Assembly (NCBI GenBank): GCA_028866995.1
Contig: JAGWHD010000001.1
Location: 465,030-529,029 of the forward strand
DNA from: Candidatus Micrarchaeota archaeon
Lineage (GTDB): Archaea; Micrarchaeota; Micrarchaeia; Micrarchaeales; CABMGC01
Reading direction: 5' to 3'
DNA: 64,000 bases
The translations under genes and the position numbers were made by a program. Position 1 is the first letter of the stretch; the number at the start of each line of letters is the position of its first letter. Positions 1-9,746 of this stretch are shown here, in pieces. The notes beneath the pieces were generated by a model that was given only the letters and a program-made list of their open reading frames with translations, was not told the origin of the DNA and searched no databases.

Positions 1-1
1 A

Positions 2-952
2 ATAGCGACGGGCTCCGAACCAACGACGATACCGGGATTCGAGTTCGGAGGAAACGTGATAGACTACAAGCAGGCGCTTATGCTTAACAGGGTCCCTGAG
101 AGCATGGCGATATTAGGAGCAGGATACGTGGCTGTAGAGATAGGGACCCTGTATGCAAAGATGGGCACCAAGGTCTCCATAATAGCAAGGTCCGACGTGC
201 TCTCGCACTTCGACAGGGACGCTGTCAATCTAGTCAAGAAAAGGATGGAGGAGCTAGGGATAAAGATATACGCAGGAGCGCAGCATGTGGCGCGCTCAGG
301 GAACAAGATATCGCTGGATAACGACCAAGCCATAGAGGCGGAGGTCATAGTGGTTGCGATAGGCCTAAAACCTTACACGCAGAGCCTCGGCCTTGACAAC
401 ACAGAGGTGACGCTGGACGACAAGGGCTTCGTAAGGGTCGACGACACGCTCCAGACGACAGACCCGAACATACTTGCGATAGGCGATGTGATAGGAGAAC
501 CGATGCTGGCCCACAAGGCGATGAGGCAGGGGGTCGTTGCTGCGGAGGTCGCTGCAGGCAAGAAGTCGGGATACGACAACACCGTGGTCCCCGCAGTCAT
601 ATTCTCGGATCCTGAGGTCGCAGTCGCTGGGAGCCTTGACGGCGACGGAATAAGCGTGAAGAAGTTTCCCCTATCTGCTCTCGGAAGGGCGATAGCGCTG
701 AACAAGACGATGGGATTCGTAAAGATCGCATACGATTCAAGCAGCATAGTGAAAGGGATAGAGATAGTCGGACAGGACGCGAACGCGATGATAGCCGAGG
801 CGGTGGTCGCAATAGAGATGGGCGCGACGCTCGAGGACATAGCAGACTCGATACATCCGCATCCGACATTCTCCGAGGCAATACAGGAGGCTGCAGAGGC
901 CGCATTGGGAAGGTCGATACATTTCTTCTACGGCAAACCTGGAAAGCAGTGA
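2..952 (+). CDS. lpdA: dihydrolipoyl dehydrogenase, C-terminal ~316 aa (5' end outside window)
   Basis: The frame stays open back to nt 2 (IATGSEPTTIPGFEFGG...). It has the second dinucleotide-binding motif ILGAGYVAVEIG, AIGD, and the dimerisation signature HPHPTFSEA of class-I pyridine nucleotide-disulfide oxidoreductases. Confidence 0.8.
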   Translation: MATGSEPTTIPGFEFGGNVIDYKQALMLNRVPESMAILGAGYVAVEIGTLYAKMGTKVSIIARSDVLSHFDRDAVNLVKKRMEELGIKIYAGAQHVARSGNKISLDNDQAIEAEVIVVAIGLKPYTQSLGLDNTEVTLDDKGFVRVDDTLQTTDPNILAIGDVIGEPMLAHKAMRQGVVAAEVAAGKKSGYDNTVVPAVIFSDPEVAVAGSLDGDGISVKKFPLSALGRAIALNKTMGFVKIAYDSSSIVKGIEIVGQDANAMIAEAVVAIEMGATLEDIADSIHPHPTFSEAIQEAAEAALGRSIHFFYGKPGKQ

Positions 953-956
953 TATC

Positions 957-1718
957 ATGAAGATAACGATAATGTCAAGCAGGGAATATCCGGAGATAAA
1001 GAAGCTCAGGGAGAGCTTCCAGGTATCAGCAAAAGGGGACATATGCATCGCCATAGGGGGCGACGGCACCTTCGTAAATGCTGCAAGGAACTTCGACGGA
1101 CCGATACTCCCGATAAGGAGCGGCGAGAGGGGCAGCATAGGGTATTATTCTGACCTTTGCCTTGACGACATCGACTTCGTTATAGACAGATTGAAGAGGA
1201 GGAAGTTCAGGATAGAGAAACTCGAGAACAAGATAGAGGTGCTCTACAAGGGCAAGGCGCATACGGCTGTGAACGAGGCGCTGCTGCACAACATAGACGT
1301 CGAGGTAAGCTTCAAGATATACGAGCTGGAAAAGGGCAAGAGGTACGAGGTGTATCCATACGTCATGAGCGGCGACGGAGCGCTCGTGACTGGGGTCATA
1401 GGCTCCACGGCGTACAACAAGTCCGCTGGAGGCCCGATAATACTCAGCCCCCATGTCGTGTGCCTCACCTTCCTGAACGTCGACGGGCCGTACAAGAACC
1501 CGATAGTAATAGACGCGACAAAGGAGCTGGAGATAGAGATATCTAAGTACTCGGGCATACTGAGGTGCGACGGCACCGAGATAGGCAGGCTGAAGAAGGG
1601 CGACAGCTTCAGGGTGAGGCTCTCCAAGAAGGAGCTTAACATAGTGAGGTTCAAGGACAGGTACGAGAAGTTGGCAGACAAGCTTGAAAGGGTAATCGTC
1701 AGCAGGATGGTCAAGTGA
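957..1718 (+). CDS. nadK: NAD kinase
   Basis: GGDGT motif (AIGGDGTFVNAA) in a ~250-aa protein with ATP-NAD kinase layout. Confidence 0.8.
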   Translation: MKITIMSSREYPEIKKLRESFQVSAKGDICIAIGGDGTFVNAARNFDGPILPIRSGERGSIGYYSDLCLDDIDFVIDRLKRRKFRIEKLENKIEVLYKGKAHTAVNEALLHNIDVEVSFKIYELEKGKRYEVYPYVMSGDGALVTGVIGSTAYNKSAGGPIILSPHVVCLTFLNVDGPYKNPIVIDATKELEIEISKYSGILRCDGTEIGRLKKGDSFRVRLSKKELNIVRFKDRYEKLADKLERVIVSRMVK

Positions 1719-1722
1719 TGAT

Positions 1723-2601
1723 ATGAAGATACTGAACGCGAATCCGCCGTACAACCTCTTCGGGATAGAGAATCCGGATTACGAGAAGGCGAAGGTGGCT
1801 GTGCTGCCGGTGCCGTATGACGCCGCTACAACATACAAAGGAGGAGCAAGAGAGGGTCCGCACGCGATAATAGACGCGAGCAGGAACATCGAGCTGTTCA
1901 GCGAGGAGCTGGATGGGGATACAAGCACGATAGGCATATACACGCTTGACGAGATGATGCCGGACATAAGCGGGCCCGAGGGCATGACAAGGCAGATAGA
2001 GAAAGAGGTATCGATACTGCTTGATGACGGCAAGGTCCCGCTGCTCCTAGGCGGCGACCATTCCATAGCGATAGGCTCCATAAGGGCCGTTGCGAAGAAG
2101 TTCAAGAACTTCACTGTCCTGCACTTCGACGCGCACAGCGATTCAAGGGACTCTTACATGAACAGCAAGTACTGCCACGCGTGCATAATGGCAAGAGCCA
2201 ACGAGGTATGCGACAGCTGCTACAGCATAGGCGTGAGGAGCACGGACGAGGAAGGCTTCGCCAAGTACGGCAAGAGCACCATATACCGGAAGGACATCCA
2301 CAAGATGGGCGTAGAAGGTGTCGTGAAGGACCTTCTCAAGAAAACTAAGGGCAAGGTATACGTCACCATAGACGTCGACGTCCTGGACCCGAGCGAGATG
2401 CCGAGCACAGGAACACCTGAGCCTGACGGCCTGTCTTTCTACGAACTGAAGTCGATACTAAAGGGTGTGCTTGAAAAGAGGGAGCTGATAGGCATGGACG
2501 TTACGGAGCTGAGCCCAATAGGCGGCATCGTGGCGCCGAACTACCTTGTGGCAAAGCTGCTGTACCTGTCTTTAGGCTTCGCCTTCCTGAACAAGAGATA
2601 G
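1723..2601 (+). CDS. speB: agmatinase / arginase-family ureohydrolase
   Basis: Mn-binding ureohydrolase motifs GGDHSIA, HFDAHSD and DVDVLDP. Confidence 0.75.
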   Translation: MKILNANPPYNLFGIENPDYEKAKVAVLPVPYDAATTYKGGAREGPHAIIDASRNIELFSEELDGDTSTIGIYTLDEMMPDISGPEGMTRQIEKEVSILLDDGKVPLLLGGDHSIAIGSIRAVAKKFKNFTVLHFDAHSDSRDSYMNSKYCHACIMARANEVCDSCYSIGVRSTDEEGFAKYGKSTIYRKDIHKMGVEGVVKDLLKKTKGKVYVTIDVDVLDPSEMPSTGTPEPDGLSFYELKSILKGVLEKRELIGMDVTELSPIGGIVAPNYLVAKLLYLSLGFAFLNKR

Positions 2602-2608
2602 GGATGAA

Positions 2609-3526
2609 ATGGAATTCATAGAGGAGCTCAGGACGCTAAAGGAGCAGGTGAAGTTTGACAAGGGGATAGACAATGCTGAGAGCTTCGGCAACGTTGTCAT
2701 CGCAGGAATGGGAGGATCAGGCATATCCGGAAAGATATTCCAGGAGCTCTACTCGAAGAAGCCGGTCCTGGCCATAGACGACTACCACTCCCCTGAGTTC
2801 ATATCCGACAATACGCTGTTCATAGGCATAAGCTACTCCGGGAACACGGAGGAGACCATCAGCGCGATAAACGAGGCAAAAGCGAAAGGGGCTCACATAG
2901 TCACTATAAGCTCCGGAGGAGCCCTGGAAAAGATGGGATTCGAGCATATCTCGATACCATCAGGGCTGCAGCCTAGATCCGCAACAGGCTACATGCTAAT
3001 GCCACTGCTCAGGAGCTTCTCGCTCGCTGACGACCAGGCTGTAGAGAGGACATATGCGCTGCTCGACGACCTTGACAAGGATAACAGCAAATGCATGGTA
3101 CATGCGAAGAGGATAGCGACAGGCAAGAAGATACCTGTGATATTCGGATCAAGCCCGTACAGGAGCGTGGCGATGAAGTGGAAGACGCAGTTCAACGAGA
3201 ACGCGAAGGTCATCTCATACGCGAACTACTTCCCGGAACTTAACCATAACGACTCGATGGCCCTGGCGCACACCTACAGGAAGAAGAACCTCTACTTCCT
3301 GGTATTCGAAAGCGACAGCGAAAGGATAAGGCAGAGGGTGGAGATAACCGGCGAGATAACGGACACGAACTTCAGGATCATCAAGCCAAAAGGCAAGAGC
3401 ACAGTGGAGAAGCTGTTCCACCTCATACACTACGGGGACTACGTATCGTACCATCTTGCTGGCATACGGGGAATAAACCCTACCGACGTCAGCATAATAG
3501 AGGAGCTCAAGAAGAGGCTTAAGTGA
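2609..3526 (+). CDS. bifunctional phosphoglucose/phosphomannose isomerase (SIS domain)
   Basis: SIS motifs GMGGSGISG and GISYSGNTEET. The ~300-aa size matches archaeal PGI/PMI. Confidence 0.7.
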   Translation: MEFIEELRTLKEQVKFDKGIDNAESFGNVVIAGMGGSGISGKIFQELYSKKPVLAIDDYHSPEFISDNTLFIGISYSGNTEETISAINEAKAKGAHIVTISSGGALEKMGFEHISIPSGLQPRSATGYMLMPLLRSFSLADDQAVERTYALLDDLDKDNSKCMVHAKRIATGKKIPVIFGSSPYRSVAMKWKTQFNENAKVISYANYFPELNHNDSMALAHTYRKKNLYFLVFESDSERIRQRVEITGEITDTNFRIIKPKGKSTVEKLFHLIHYGDYVSYHLAGIRGINPTDVSIIEELKKRLK

Positions 3527-3937
3527 CTACAGCTCCTTAGTTTCCCTGTCTATTGGCTTCTTCTCGTACTTGAAGACCGCTTCCTTTATCGCCCTGAGCG
3601 AGAGGGTCGCGCAGTGCATCCTTACAGGACCCGGGTCTATGCCTATGACCTGCAGCAGGCCTGCCTTGCCCATGCTTTCTAGCTCCTGCAGGCTCTTCCC
3701 CCTTATGTGGTCCGTCAGCATGCTCGCGCTGCCCATCGATATTACGCAGCCAGAGCCGTCGAACTTCACGTCGCTGACCTTCCCGTCCTCTATCTTGAGA
3801 TACACTGTTATCTTGTCGCCGCAGGAGATGTTCTCCTCGTGCATCTCCGCCTGCGCCCCTTCCATCCTGCCCTTGTTGTGCGGATGCTCGTAGCTGTAGA
3901 GCAGCTCCTCCGCGTACATGTCCAGGTCGCCCATCAA
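3527..3937 (-). CDS. sufU: Fe-S cluster assembly scaffold, SufU/IscU (NifU N-terminal) family
   Basis: HPHNKG..., Cys in ISCGDKITVYLKI, DGSGCVIS and a C-terminal HCATL, which are the three conserved Cys of the U-type scaffold. Confidence 0.7.
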   Translation of the reverse strand: MMGDLDMYAEELLYSYEHPHNKGRMEGAQAEMHEENISCGDKITVYLKIEDGKVSDVKFDGSGCVISMGSASMLTDHIRGKSLQELESMGKAGLLQVIGIDPGPVRMHCATLSLRAIKEAVFKYEKKPIDRETKEL

Positions 3938-4483
3938 CTACACCGTTATGCCTACCCTGGCCACGATAGGCCTGGCAATGTCGTTGATCCTTTTCCTATT
4001 GGAGTAAATTATGAACCCCACAATCAGCCCTACCGCAATCCCCGCGACAACGTCCGTAGGATAATGCGCTCCCAGGTAAACTCTTCCAAACAGGACTATT
4101 GCAAGCCACGCGATATACAGGATTCTCAGGTACTTATAGCCGCTCACGAAAAAGTAAAGGCCGGTAAGGGTTGTCGCATGGTTGGAAGGGAAGGAATAGC
4201 TGCCTTCGCATCCGACAACGTTTATCCACGAGAGGTCCGGATTCAGGCATGGCCTCGGCTCTCTTACAATGAGCTTGATTATATCCGTTACTATGTAAAG
4301 CGCTACGGCGGCCGCGATAAACGGGAAAGCGTCCTTCCTATTCCTGAAAAACAGGTAAATGAACAATAACGGTACCACTACGTAGAAGCTATCCGCGAAT
4401 AGGGACATGGCAACGTTCATCTGCGGGCTAACCAGGGGCTGAACGGCCTTGAATGCCCACGTATTGATGGAGATAATGTCCAT
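3938..4483 (-). CDS. PAP2-family membrane phosphatase
   Basis: Acid-phosphatase motifs K-x6-RP (KLIVREPRP), SFPSNHA and GAHYPTDV, plus several hydrophobic helices. Confidence 0.7.
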   Translation of the reverse strand: MDIISINTWAFKAVQPLVSPQMNVAMSLFADSFYVVVPLLFIYLFFRNRKDAFPFIAAAVALYIVTDIIKLIVREPRPCLNPDLSWINVVGCEGSYSFPSNHATTLTGLYFFVSGYKYLRILYIAWLAIVLFGRVYLGAHYPTDVVAGIAVGLIVGFIIYSNRKRINDIARPIVARVGITV

Positions 4484-4532
4484 TGGAAACCCAGGAGCGC
4501 TATTTAATATTGCCTAACGGATTATTAAAAAT

Positions 4533-4904
4533 ATGGATTATGTCATCCTCGATACGAGCTCCATACTCTTCTCCGCATCAAACAAGCACGACATATTCGC
4601 AGCGATAATGGAGAGATACCCGAAGCATTCAATCATGGTCTCGGAGGGGGTCCTGAAGGAGCTTAAAAGGCTCTCCTCGGGCAGGTCGAAGCACGCCAAA
4701 TACGCTGCCGTAGCAATATCTTTATTAAATAGATATGCGAGTATAAAGGTAGCAAATAATAGCACTTACGTGGATAAGTGGATCATCAGAGAAGCTAGTA
4801 AGCTAGGGGCTGTTGTTTGCTCGAATGATATTAAGCTTAAGAGGGCCCTCAGGGCTCATGGCATAACAACCATAAGCGCAACGAGGGAAGGCTCTTTCAG
4901 ATGA
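4533..4904 (+). CDS. PIN-domain protein (Fcf1/Utp24-like)
   Basis: N-terminal VILDTSS acidic motif and C-terminal VCSNDIKLKRAL with a conserved Asp, as in archaeal Fcf1-type PIN nucleases. Confidence 0.55.
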   Translation: MDYVILDTSSILFSASNKHDIFAAIMERYPKHSIMVSEGVLKELKRLSSGRSKHAKYAAVAISLLNRYASIKVANNSTYVDKWIIREASKLGAVVCSNDIKLKRALRAHGITTISATREGSFR

Positions 4905-4940
4905 CTCAATCTTATGGCACGATGGATGTTTGGTGAATAA

Positions 4941-5516
4941 TTGCACTACGTACACACAATAGAGGACACGATAAGCATACCACCAAGGTACTTCGGCAAG
5001 GACATTAAAAAGACCGCAGAGGAGATACTCAGGCTCAAGTACGAGAGGACCCTTGACAAGGACATGGGCGTGATGCTCGCCGTCTTCAACGTAAGGGACG
5101 TGAGCGACGGGAACCTGATGCCCGGAGACCCTTCTACTCATCACAGCGTAACGTTTGACGTACTCACATTCAGCCTTGAGATAGAGGAGGTTGTGGTTGG
5201 AGAGGTATCGGAGCTCGCCGAGTTCGGCTGCTTCGTAAGGCTTGGCCCAATAGACGGCCTTGTCCATCTCTCGCAGATAACCAGCGACTTCATAACATTC
5301 GACAGGAAGTCAGGCACGTTCACGTCGAAGAACACCAAGAGGAGCCTGAAGAAGGGGGACATGGTCTACGCCAAGGTATCCTCGATAAGCATGAAGTCGA
5401 ACCTCAAGGACACCAAGATCGCGCTGACGATGAGGCCTGACGGCCTCGGAAGGCCAGAGTGGCTCAAGGAGCCTAGGAGGGAGGTCACCTCAAGGCCAAG
5501 GCACAAGAGAAGGTGA
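4941..5516 (+). CDS. rpoE: DNA-directed RNA polymerase subunit E' (Rpo7) with S1 domain
   Basis: TTG start. The N-terminus (IEDTISIPPRYFG...) and the S1-like part (VVGEVSELAEFGCFVRLGPIDGLVHLSQI) are typical, and the spt4-like gene follows. Confidence 0.8.
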   Translation: MHYVHTIEDTISIPPRYFGKDIKKTAEEILRLKYERTLDKDMGVMLAVFNVRDVSDGNLMPGDPSTHHSVTFDVLTFSLEIEEVVVGEVSELAEFGCFVRLGPIDGLVHLSQITSDFITFDRKSGTFTSKNTKRSLKKGDMVYAKVSSISMKSNLKDTKIALTMRPDGLGRPEWLKEPRREVTSRPRHKRR

Positions 5517-5520
5517 ATGG

Positions 5521-5712
5521 ATGGCAGAATACGCGTGCAAGAACGACAAGCTGATAATCTCGCAGGGGAACGTCTGCCCCATCTGCGGCTCTACGAACCT
5601 CACCACCAAATGGAGCGGCCACATAGTCATACTCAATGTAGAAAAGTCTGAGATAGCGAAGAAGCTGGGCATAAAGGTTAACGGCACCTATGCCCTAAAC
5701 ATAAACGATTAG
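5521..5712 (+). CDS. spt4: transcription elongation factor Spt4 / RNAP subunit E''
   Basis: 63-aa zinc-ribbon protein (CKNDK...CPICGS) directly downstream of rpoE', the conserved archaeal arrangement. Confidence 0.7.
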   Translation: MAEYACKNDKLIISQGNVCPICGSTNLTTKWSGHIVILNVEKSEIAKKLGIKVNGTYALNIND

Positions 5713-5717
5713 CCTAA

Positions 5718-6395
5718 TTACTTGGACTTTGCGTATCCTTCATCTACTGTTATCTTCTCCAAATTCGAAAGATACTGGAAAGCGGCTCTTACGAATGCCG
5801 ATTTGTTGACGAAATAGTCGGCGTTCTTCTCAGTCTTGTCACCGAAAGACACCTTCGCTGTGCCTCCTGACACCGAAACGCTGTCAGGCTTCAGGTTGTA
5901 CGCCTCAGCAAGCGCTCCAAGCCTCTTGTCGTCCCCATCGACTTTCTCGACTATCTTCACATCATAAACCAGCTTCTCCCCTGCAAGCGGGTGGTTCGCA
6001 TCCACGACTACCCTTCCTCCGTTGACGCTCTTGACTACAGCCACGACACCGTCTAGGTCGACCTGCAATCCTGGCTCTGGGTTTATGTCCCTCTTCCTGA
6101 AGTCGTTAAGATGCATCACGGTAACGAGGTCATCTCTCCTTTCGCCGAACGCCTCTTCTGGGCTTACCTCTATCTTCTTCGACTCCCCGACGTCCATCTT
6201 CCTGAGTTCCTTGTCAACTCCCTTTATCACGCTCTCCTTGCCCACCACGACTAGCTGCGCCGCGTATCTGGAGTCCTTGTTGAATATGCCTGCATCCTTG
6301 GCCGCTTTCTCATCGGTCGTATAGACAACCGAATCGTCGGAAACCCTCTTTGCCGTATAGTCTATCTTTACAAAATCCCCATCGCTGAACGTCAT
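5718..6395 (-). CDS. FKBP-type peptidyl-prolyl cis-trans isomerase (SlyD-like, with insert-in-flap)
   Basis: DFVKIDYTAK..., VVGKESVIKGVDKELRKMDVGE and NHPLAGEKLVYDVKIV are typical of archaeal FKBPs. Confidence 0.8.
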   Translation of the reverse strand: MTFSDGDFVKIDYTAKRVSDDSVVYTTDEKAAKDAGIFNKDSRYAAQLVVVGKESVIKGVDKELRKMDVGESKKIEVSPEEAFGERRDDLVTVMHLNDFRKRDINPEPGLQVDLDGVVAVVKSVNGGRVVVDANHPLAGEKLVYDVKIVEKVDGDDKRLGALAEAYNLKPDSVSVSGGTAKVSFGDKTEKNADYFVNKSAFVRAAFQYLSNLEKITVDEGYAKSK

Positions 6396-6458
6396 CTAAT
6401 CAACCATTAAATAAGCAACCAACTATATAAGGTTCAAGCATATAAAGATAATGGATGG

Positions 6459-7070
6459 ATGAGAAATATGGATAGGAAGAAACTTACCCAGATACTGATC
6501 ACGCTGTTCATAGCAGTCATATTCATAACGTCATACTTCTCGCTGACCAACTACAACAGCAGCCAGGCGAACGCGACCACCACCGTGCCGCCAACGATCT
6601 TCACCTATGGCATAGCCAATGCTTCCATATACGATTACGGCAGCACCATGTCAATAACCATCTCGTGCGGGAACGCAACGAACGGCACAATGAGCGGCTT
6701 CAGCACCCTGCTTTCTGGATTGGAGACCAACGGCTCAGTTGTCACTGACTACTCGGTGGGGAACAGGATCAACATCGACATAGGCAGCCTCAATGCATCT
6801 GCATTGTACGGTCACCTGGCACAGCAATCCAGCACCAAAGAGCTTAACTGCAGCACGTTCTCTGGAACTGCAGTGCTCCTGCTCCCGCCATCTATCAAGG
6901 CGCAGGTGCAGGGATCAACGTACACGATATACCTGCCGGATAGCGTAAGGCGCTACTCAATACCTGTCACTTTCCCAATCAACTCTACGAGAAACATAAC
7001 CGTTAAGGTGTCAACTCTCATAACCGCAAACGGCACCGTGTATGGCAACATCAACGTTGCCAGGGTATAG
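6459..7070 (+). CDS. hypothetical membrane-anchored, probably N-glycosylated extracellular protein
   Basis: One N-terminal TM helix followed by more than 10 N-x-S/T sequons. No family recognised. Confidence 0.4.
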   Translation: MRNMDRKKLTQILITLFIAVIFITSYFSLTNYNSSQANATTTVPPTIFTYGIANASIYDYGSTMSITISCGNATNGTMSGFSTLLSGLETNGSVVTDYSVGNRINIDIGSLNASALYGHLAQQSSTKELNCSTFSGTAVLLLPPSIKAQVQGSTYTIYLPDSVRRYSIPVTFPINSTRNITVKVSTLITANGTVYGNINVARV

Positions 7071-7078
7071 GTAATGCG

Positions 7079-8806
7079 ATGGCTCTGAACAAATCAGCTA
7101 AGGAGAAGATACTGAAATTCGCGCTCAAGAACGCCATGGACTACGGCAAGGCTGTGGAAGGCGCAGTGATAAGCAAGGCGATAGCCTCTGACCCGTTGCT
7201 GAAGTCGGACATGAAGGAGCTCGTCATAGAGGTCAAGAAGACGATATCTGAAGTCAACGCGATGAACAGGAAGAAGCTAGACGATGCATTCTCCAAGTAC
7301 TCCGACGAGTTCGAGAAGAGGGAGATGGACAAGGCGATAGAATCGGCGAAGCACAGGTTCCAGATAGACGGCGTGGAGCAGGGCAAGTTCGTCACAAGGT
7401 TCCCTCCTGAGCCTGGGGGCTACATGCACATAGGCCACACGAAGCCCGTATTCATAGAGGACGAGCTGAAGAGGCTCTATGACGGCAAGGCCATGCTCTA
7501 TTTCGATGACACTAACCCGGACAACGAGAGGCAGGAGTTCGTCGATGCGTTCCACGAGGATCTCGAGTGGCTCGGAGTCAAATTTGAAGGAGAATATTAC
7601 GCGAGCGACAACCTTCCCAAGTTCTACGCTTATGCGGATACGGCGATAAGGAAGAAGAAAGCGTATGTCTGCACGTGCGATGCGGAAACGGTCAACAGCA
7701 ACAGGGGCAAGGGTATGGGGTGCGCACACAAGAGGCACAGCGTGGAGAAGAACCTTGAACTGTGGGGCGAGATGCTTGAAGGCAGGACCGATGTCAACGG
7801 CGCCATACTGCGCCTCAACTCCGACATGAAGGCGCTGAACACGACGCTAAGGGACCCCACGCTATTCAGGATAAAGAAGACTGAGCACTACAGGCAGGGC
7901 ATGAAGTACTCCGCATGGCCTACCTACGACTTCTGCACGCCCATAATGGACTCCACCAATGGCGTAACTGATGTGCTCCGCAGCAAGGAGTACGAGATGC
8001 GCGACGAACTCTATTTCGCAGTTCTTGACATACTCGAGCTTAGGAAACCCAGGATAACCAGCTTCTCGAGGCTTGAGATATCCGGCAACGTGACATCGAA
8101 GAGGAAGGTAAGGCAGATGATAGCCGATAATGTCATAAGCGGATGGGACGACCCAAGGCTTGTCACGATAAGGGCCCTGAGGAGGAGGGGCATAATGCCA
8201 GAGGCGATAAGGCAGTTCGCGCTAAGCTTCGGGATGGGCAAATCGGAAAGCAGCGTGCCCCTGGAGATGCTGCTGAGCATCAACAGGAAGATGGCGGACA
8301 AGGATGCGAAGCGCCTGTTCTTCGTGATAGAGCCATTCGAGATAGAGATAAGCGGCATTCCAGAATCCCTCAGGCACGTGCGCATGGACTTCCATCCGTC
8401 TGGCAGCATGGGCCACAGGGAGTACGACATCGAGGACATAGTCTACATAGCGAAGGAGGACGCAAAGCAGCTGAAGAAGGGCGACATAATACGGCTCAAG
8501 GGAGCATTCAACCTCAGGATAGATGGCAGGAAGGCAGGAAAGACGCTCGCAACGTTCACCGAGGAGAAAGGAGAGGGCATGCCTACTGTGCAGTGGGTAT
8601 CAAAGGGCAACTATTCAGAGGGCAGTCTGCTGATGATAAACGACCTGCTTGTTGGCGACAAGCTCAACAAGAACAGCATGTACGTTGTCAATGGGTATGT
8701 GGAAACTCATGCCGGAAGGTTCAAGGAAGGGGATATCGTGCAGTTCGAGAGGATTGGCATGTTCAAGTTCGACAGCAGGAAGGACATGTCCTTCATATCG
8801 CTGTAG
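7079..8806 (+). CDS. gltX: glutamyl-tRNA synthetase (archaeal type)
   Basis: Class-I HIGH motif (HIGHTKP), FDDTNPD, a KMSKS-like VTSKRK, and the archaeal N-terminal helical domain. Confidence 0.85.
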   Translation: MALNKSAKEKILKFALKNAMDYGKAVEGAVISKAIASDPLLKSDMKELVIEVKKTISEVNAMNRKKLDDAFSKYSDEFEKREMDKAIESAKHRFQIDGVEQGKFVTRFPPEPGGYMHIGHTKPVFIEDELKRLYDGKAMLYFDDTNPDNERQEFVDAFHEDLEWLGVKFEGEYYASDNLPKFYAYADTAIRKKKAYVCTCDAETVNSNRGKGMGCAHKRHSVEKNLELWGEMLEGRTDVNGAILRLNSDMKALNTTLRDPTLFRIKKTEHYRQGMKYSAWPTYDFCTPIMDSTNGVTDVLRSKEYEMRDELYFAVLDILELRKPRITSFSRLEISGNVTSKRKVRQMIADNVISGWDDPRLVTIRALRRRGIMPEAIRQFALSFGMGKSESSVPLEMLLSINRKMADKDAKRLFFVIEPFEIEISGIPESLRHVRMDFHPSGSMGHREYDIEDIVYIAKEDAKQLKKGDIIRLKGAFNLRIDGRKAGKTLATFTEEKGEGMPTVQWVSKGNYSEGSLLMINDLLVGDKLNKNSMYVVNGYVETHAGRFKEGDIVQFERIGMFKFDSRKDMSFISL

Positions 8807-9697
8807 CTACTTCAGCAACTCCATTATCCCCGCAGCAATGTCCGGAGATATGTCAACGACCTCTATGTCCTTGCACGGTATGGTATTAGACCCTACGACC
8901 CACGAGACCCCGCTTGCAGCTATCCTCTGCCTTGCGTCTCCTGCCATGAGCATGTGAACTGCCGCTGTGCCTACGCTCTTCGCACCGTTGCCTAGCGAGA
9001 ACTTTGATGATGCCACTATGGTGCCGCCGCCGCTTATCACGTCATCAACTATGACGACATCCCAGTCCCTGAAGCTGCCGTCTATGATGCTCTTTATGAG
9101 CACCTCCCCCGTGTTGTAGTCGCGCTCCTTGTCAAGGCTTGCTGAAGGGCAACCTAGCTCCTTCGCTACAGAGACCGCGAACTCAGATCCCCCCTTGTCT
9201 GGCGACAGAATCAGTGGCCTCTGGCATCTTTTCCTCACGGCCTCCGCAAAGGTCTTGACAGGCTCGACAACCTTAACCTTCCCTGTCATGCCCTTCAGCG
9301 GCTCTGAAGTATGCGGCCGTACCGTAATGAACCCGTCAGTTCCTACGGAATTCAGCAGCTTCACAACCGTATCTATGCTTATGCCCTCCCCTTCCAGGAA
9401 CCTCCTGTTCTGCCTGGCATATGCAAGGTACGGGACGACAACGATTACCTTGGATGCGCCCAAGCCTTTGGCTGCATCTATGATGAAGAGGAGCTCAAGG
9501 AGATGCTTTTCCTGGGGCCCGTACAACGATTGGACTATCACAACATCCTGGCCCTTCACATCCGCATTTATCCTTATCTTGAACTCGCCGTCCGGAAAGT
9601 TCTTCTTCTCGATCTTCACGACCTTCGCTCCAAGTGCAGCAGCTACGCCATCATCTATGCCGTTGGCTGCGGACCCTCCAACTATCAGCATACTCAC
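8807..9697 (-). CDS. prs: ribose-phosphate pyrophosphokinase
   Basis: PRPP-binding loop VVIVDDVISGGGT, VVVPYLAYARQ and an FPDGE N-terminal motif. Confidence 0.85.
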   Translation of the reverse strand: MSMLIVGGSAANGIDDGVAAALGAKVVKIEKKNFPDGEFKIRINADVKGQDVVIVQSLYGPQEKHLLELLFIIDAAKGLGASKVIVVVPYLAYARQNRRFLEGEGISIDTVVKLLNSVGTDGFITVRPHTSEPLKGMTGKVKVVEPVKTFAEAVRKRCQRPLILSPDKGGSEFAVSVAKELGCPSASLDKERDYNTGEVLIKSIIDGSFRDWDVVIVDDVISGGGTIVASSKFSLGNGAKSVGTAAVHMLMAGDARQRIAASGVSWVVGSNTIPCKDIEVVDISPDIAAGIMELLK

Positions 9698-9746
9698 AAC
9701 TCAAATCTAAGGTATATAAAGACAAACAGATAAATAGCATCTGGGG

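Noticed and set aside
1026-1754. 242-aa antisense ORF covering nadK. Similar long antisense ORFs occur at 24979-25941, 34954-35913, 40029-40817, 43885-44895 and 51680-52630.
   Set aside because: The opposite strand carries genes with clear family motifs in each case. The antisense products are low-complexity (Tyr/Val/Leu/Arg/His-rich) with no motifs. These are typical shadow ORFs of a strongly biased codon usage.
7079-7330. GatB/YqeY-like helical N-terminal extension of GluRS, considered as a possible unusual fusion.
   Set aside because: An N-terminal helical domain of this kind (ALKNA..HGG.A..G.V...) is standard in archaeal-type GluRS, so it is not novel.
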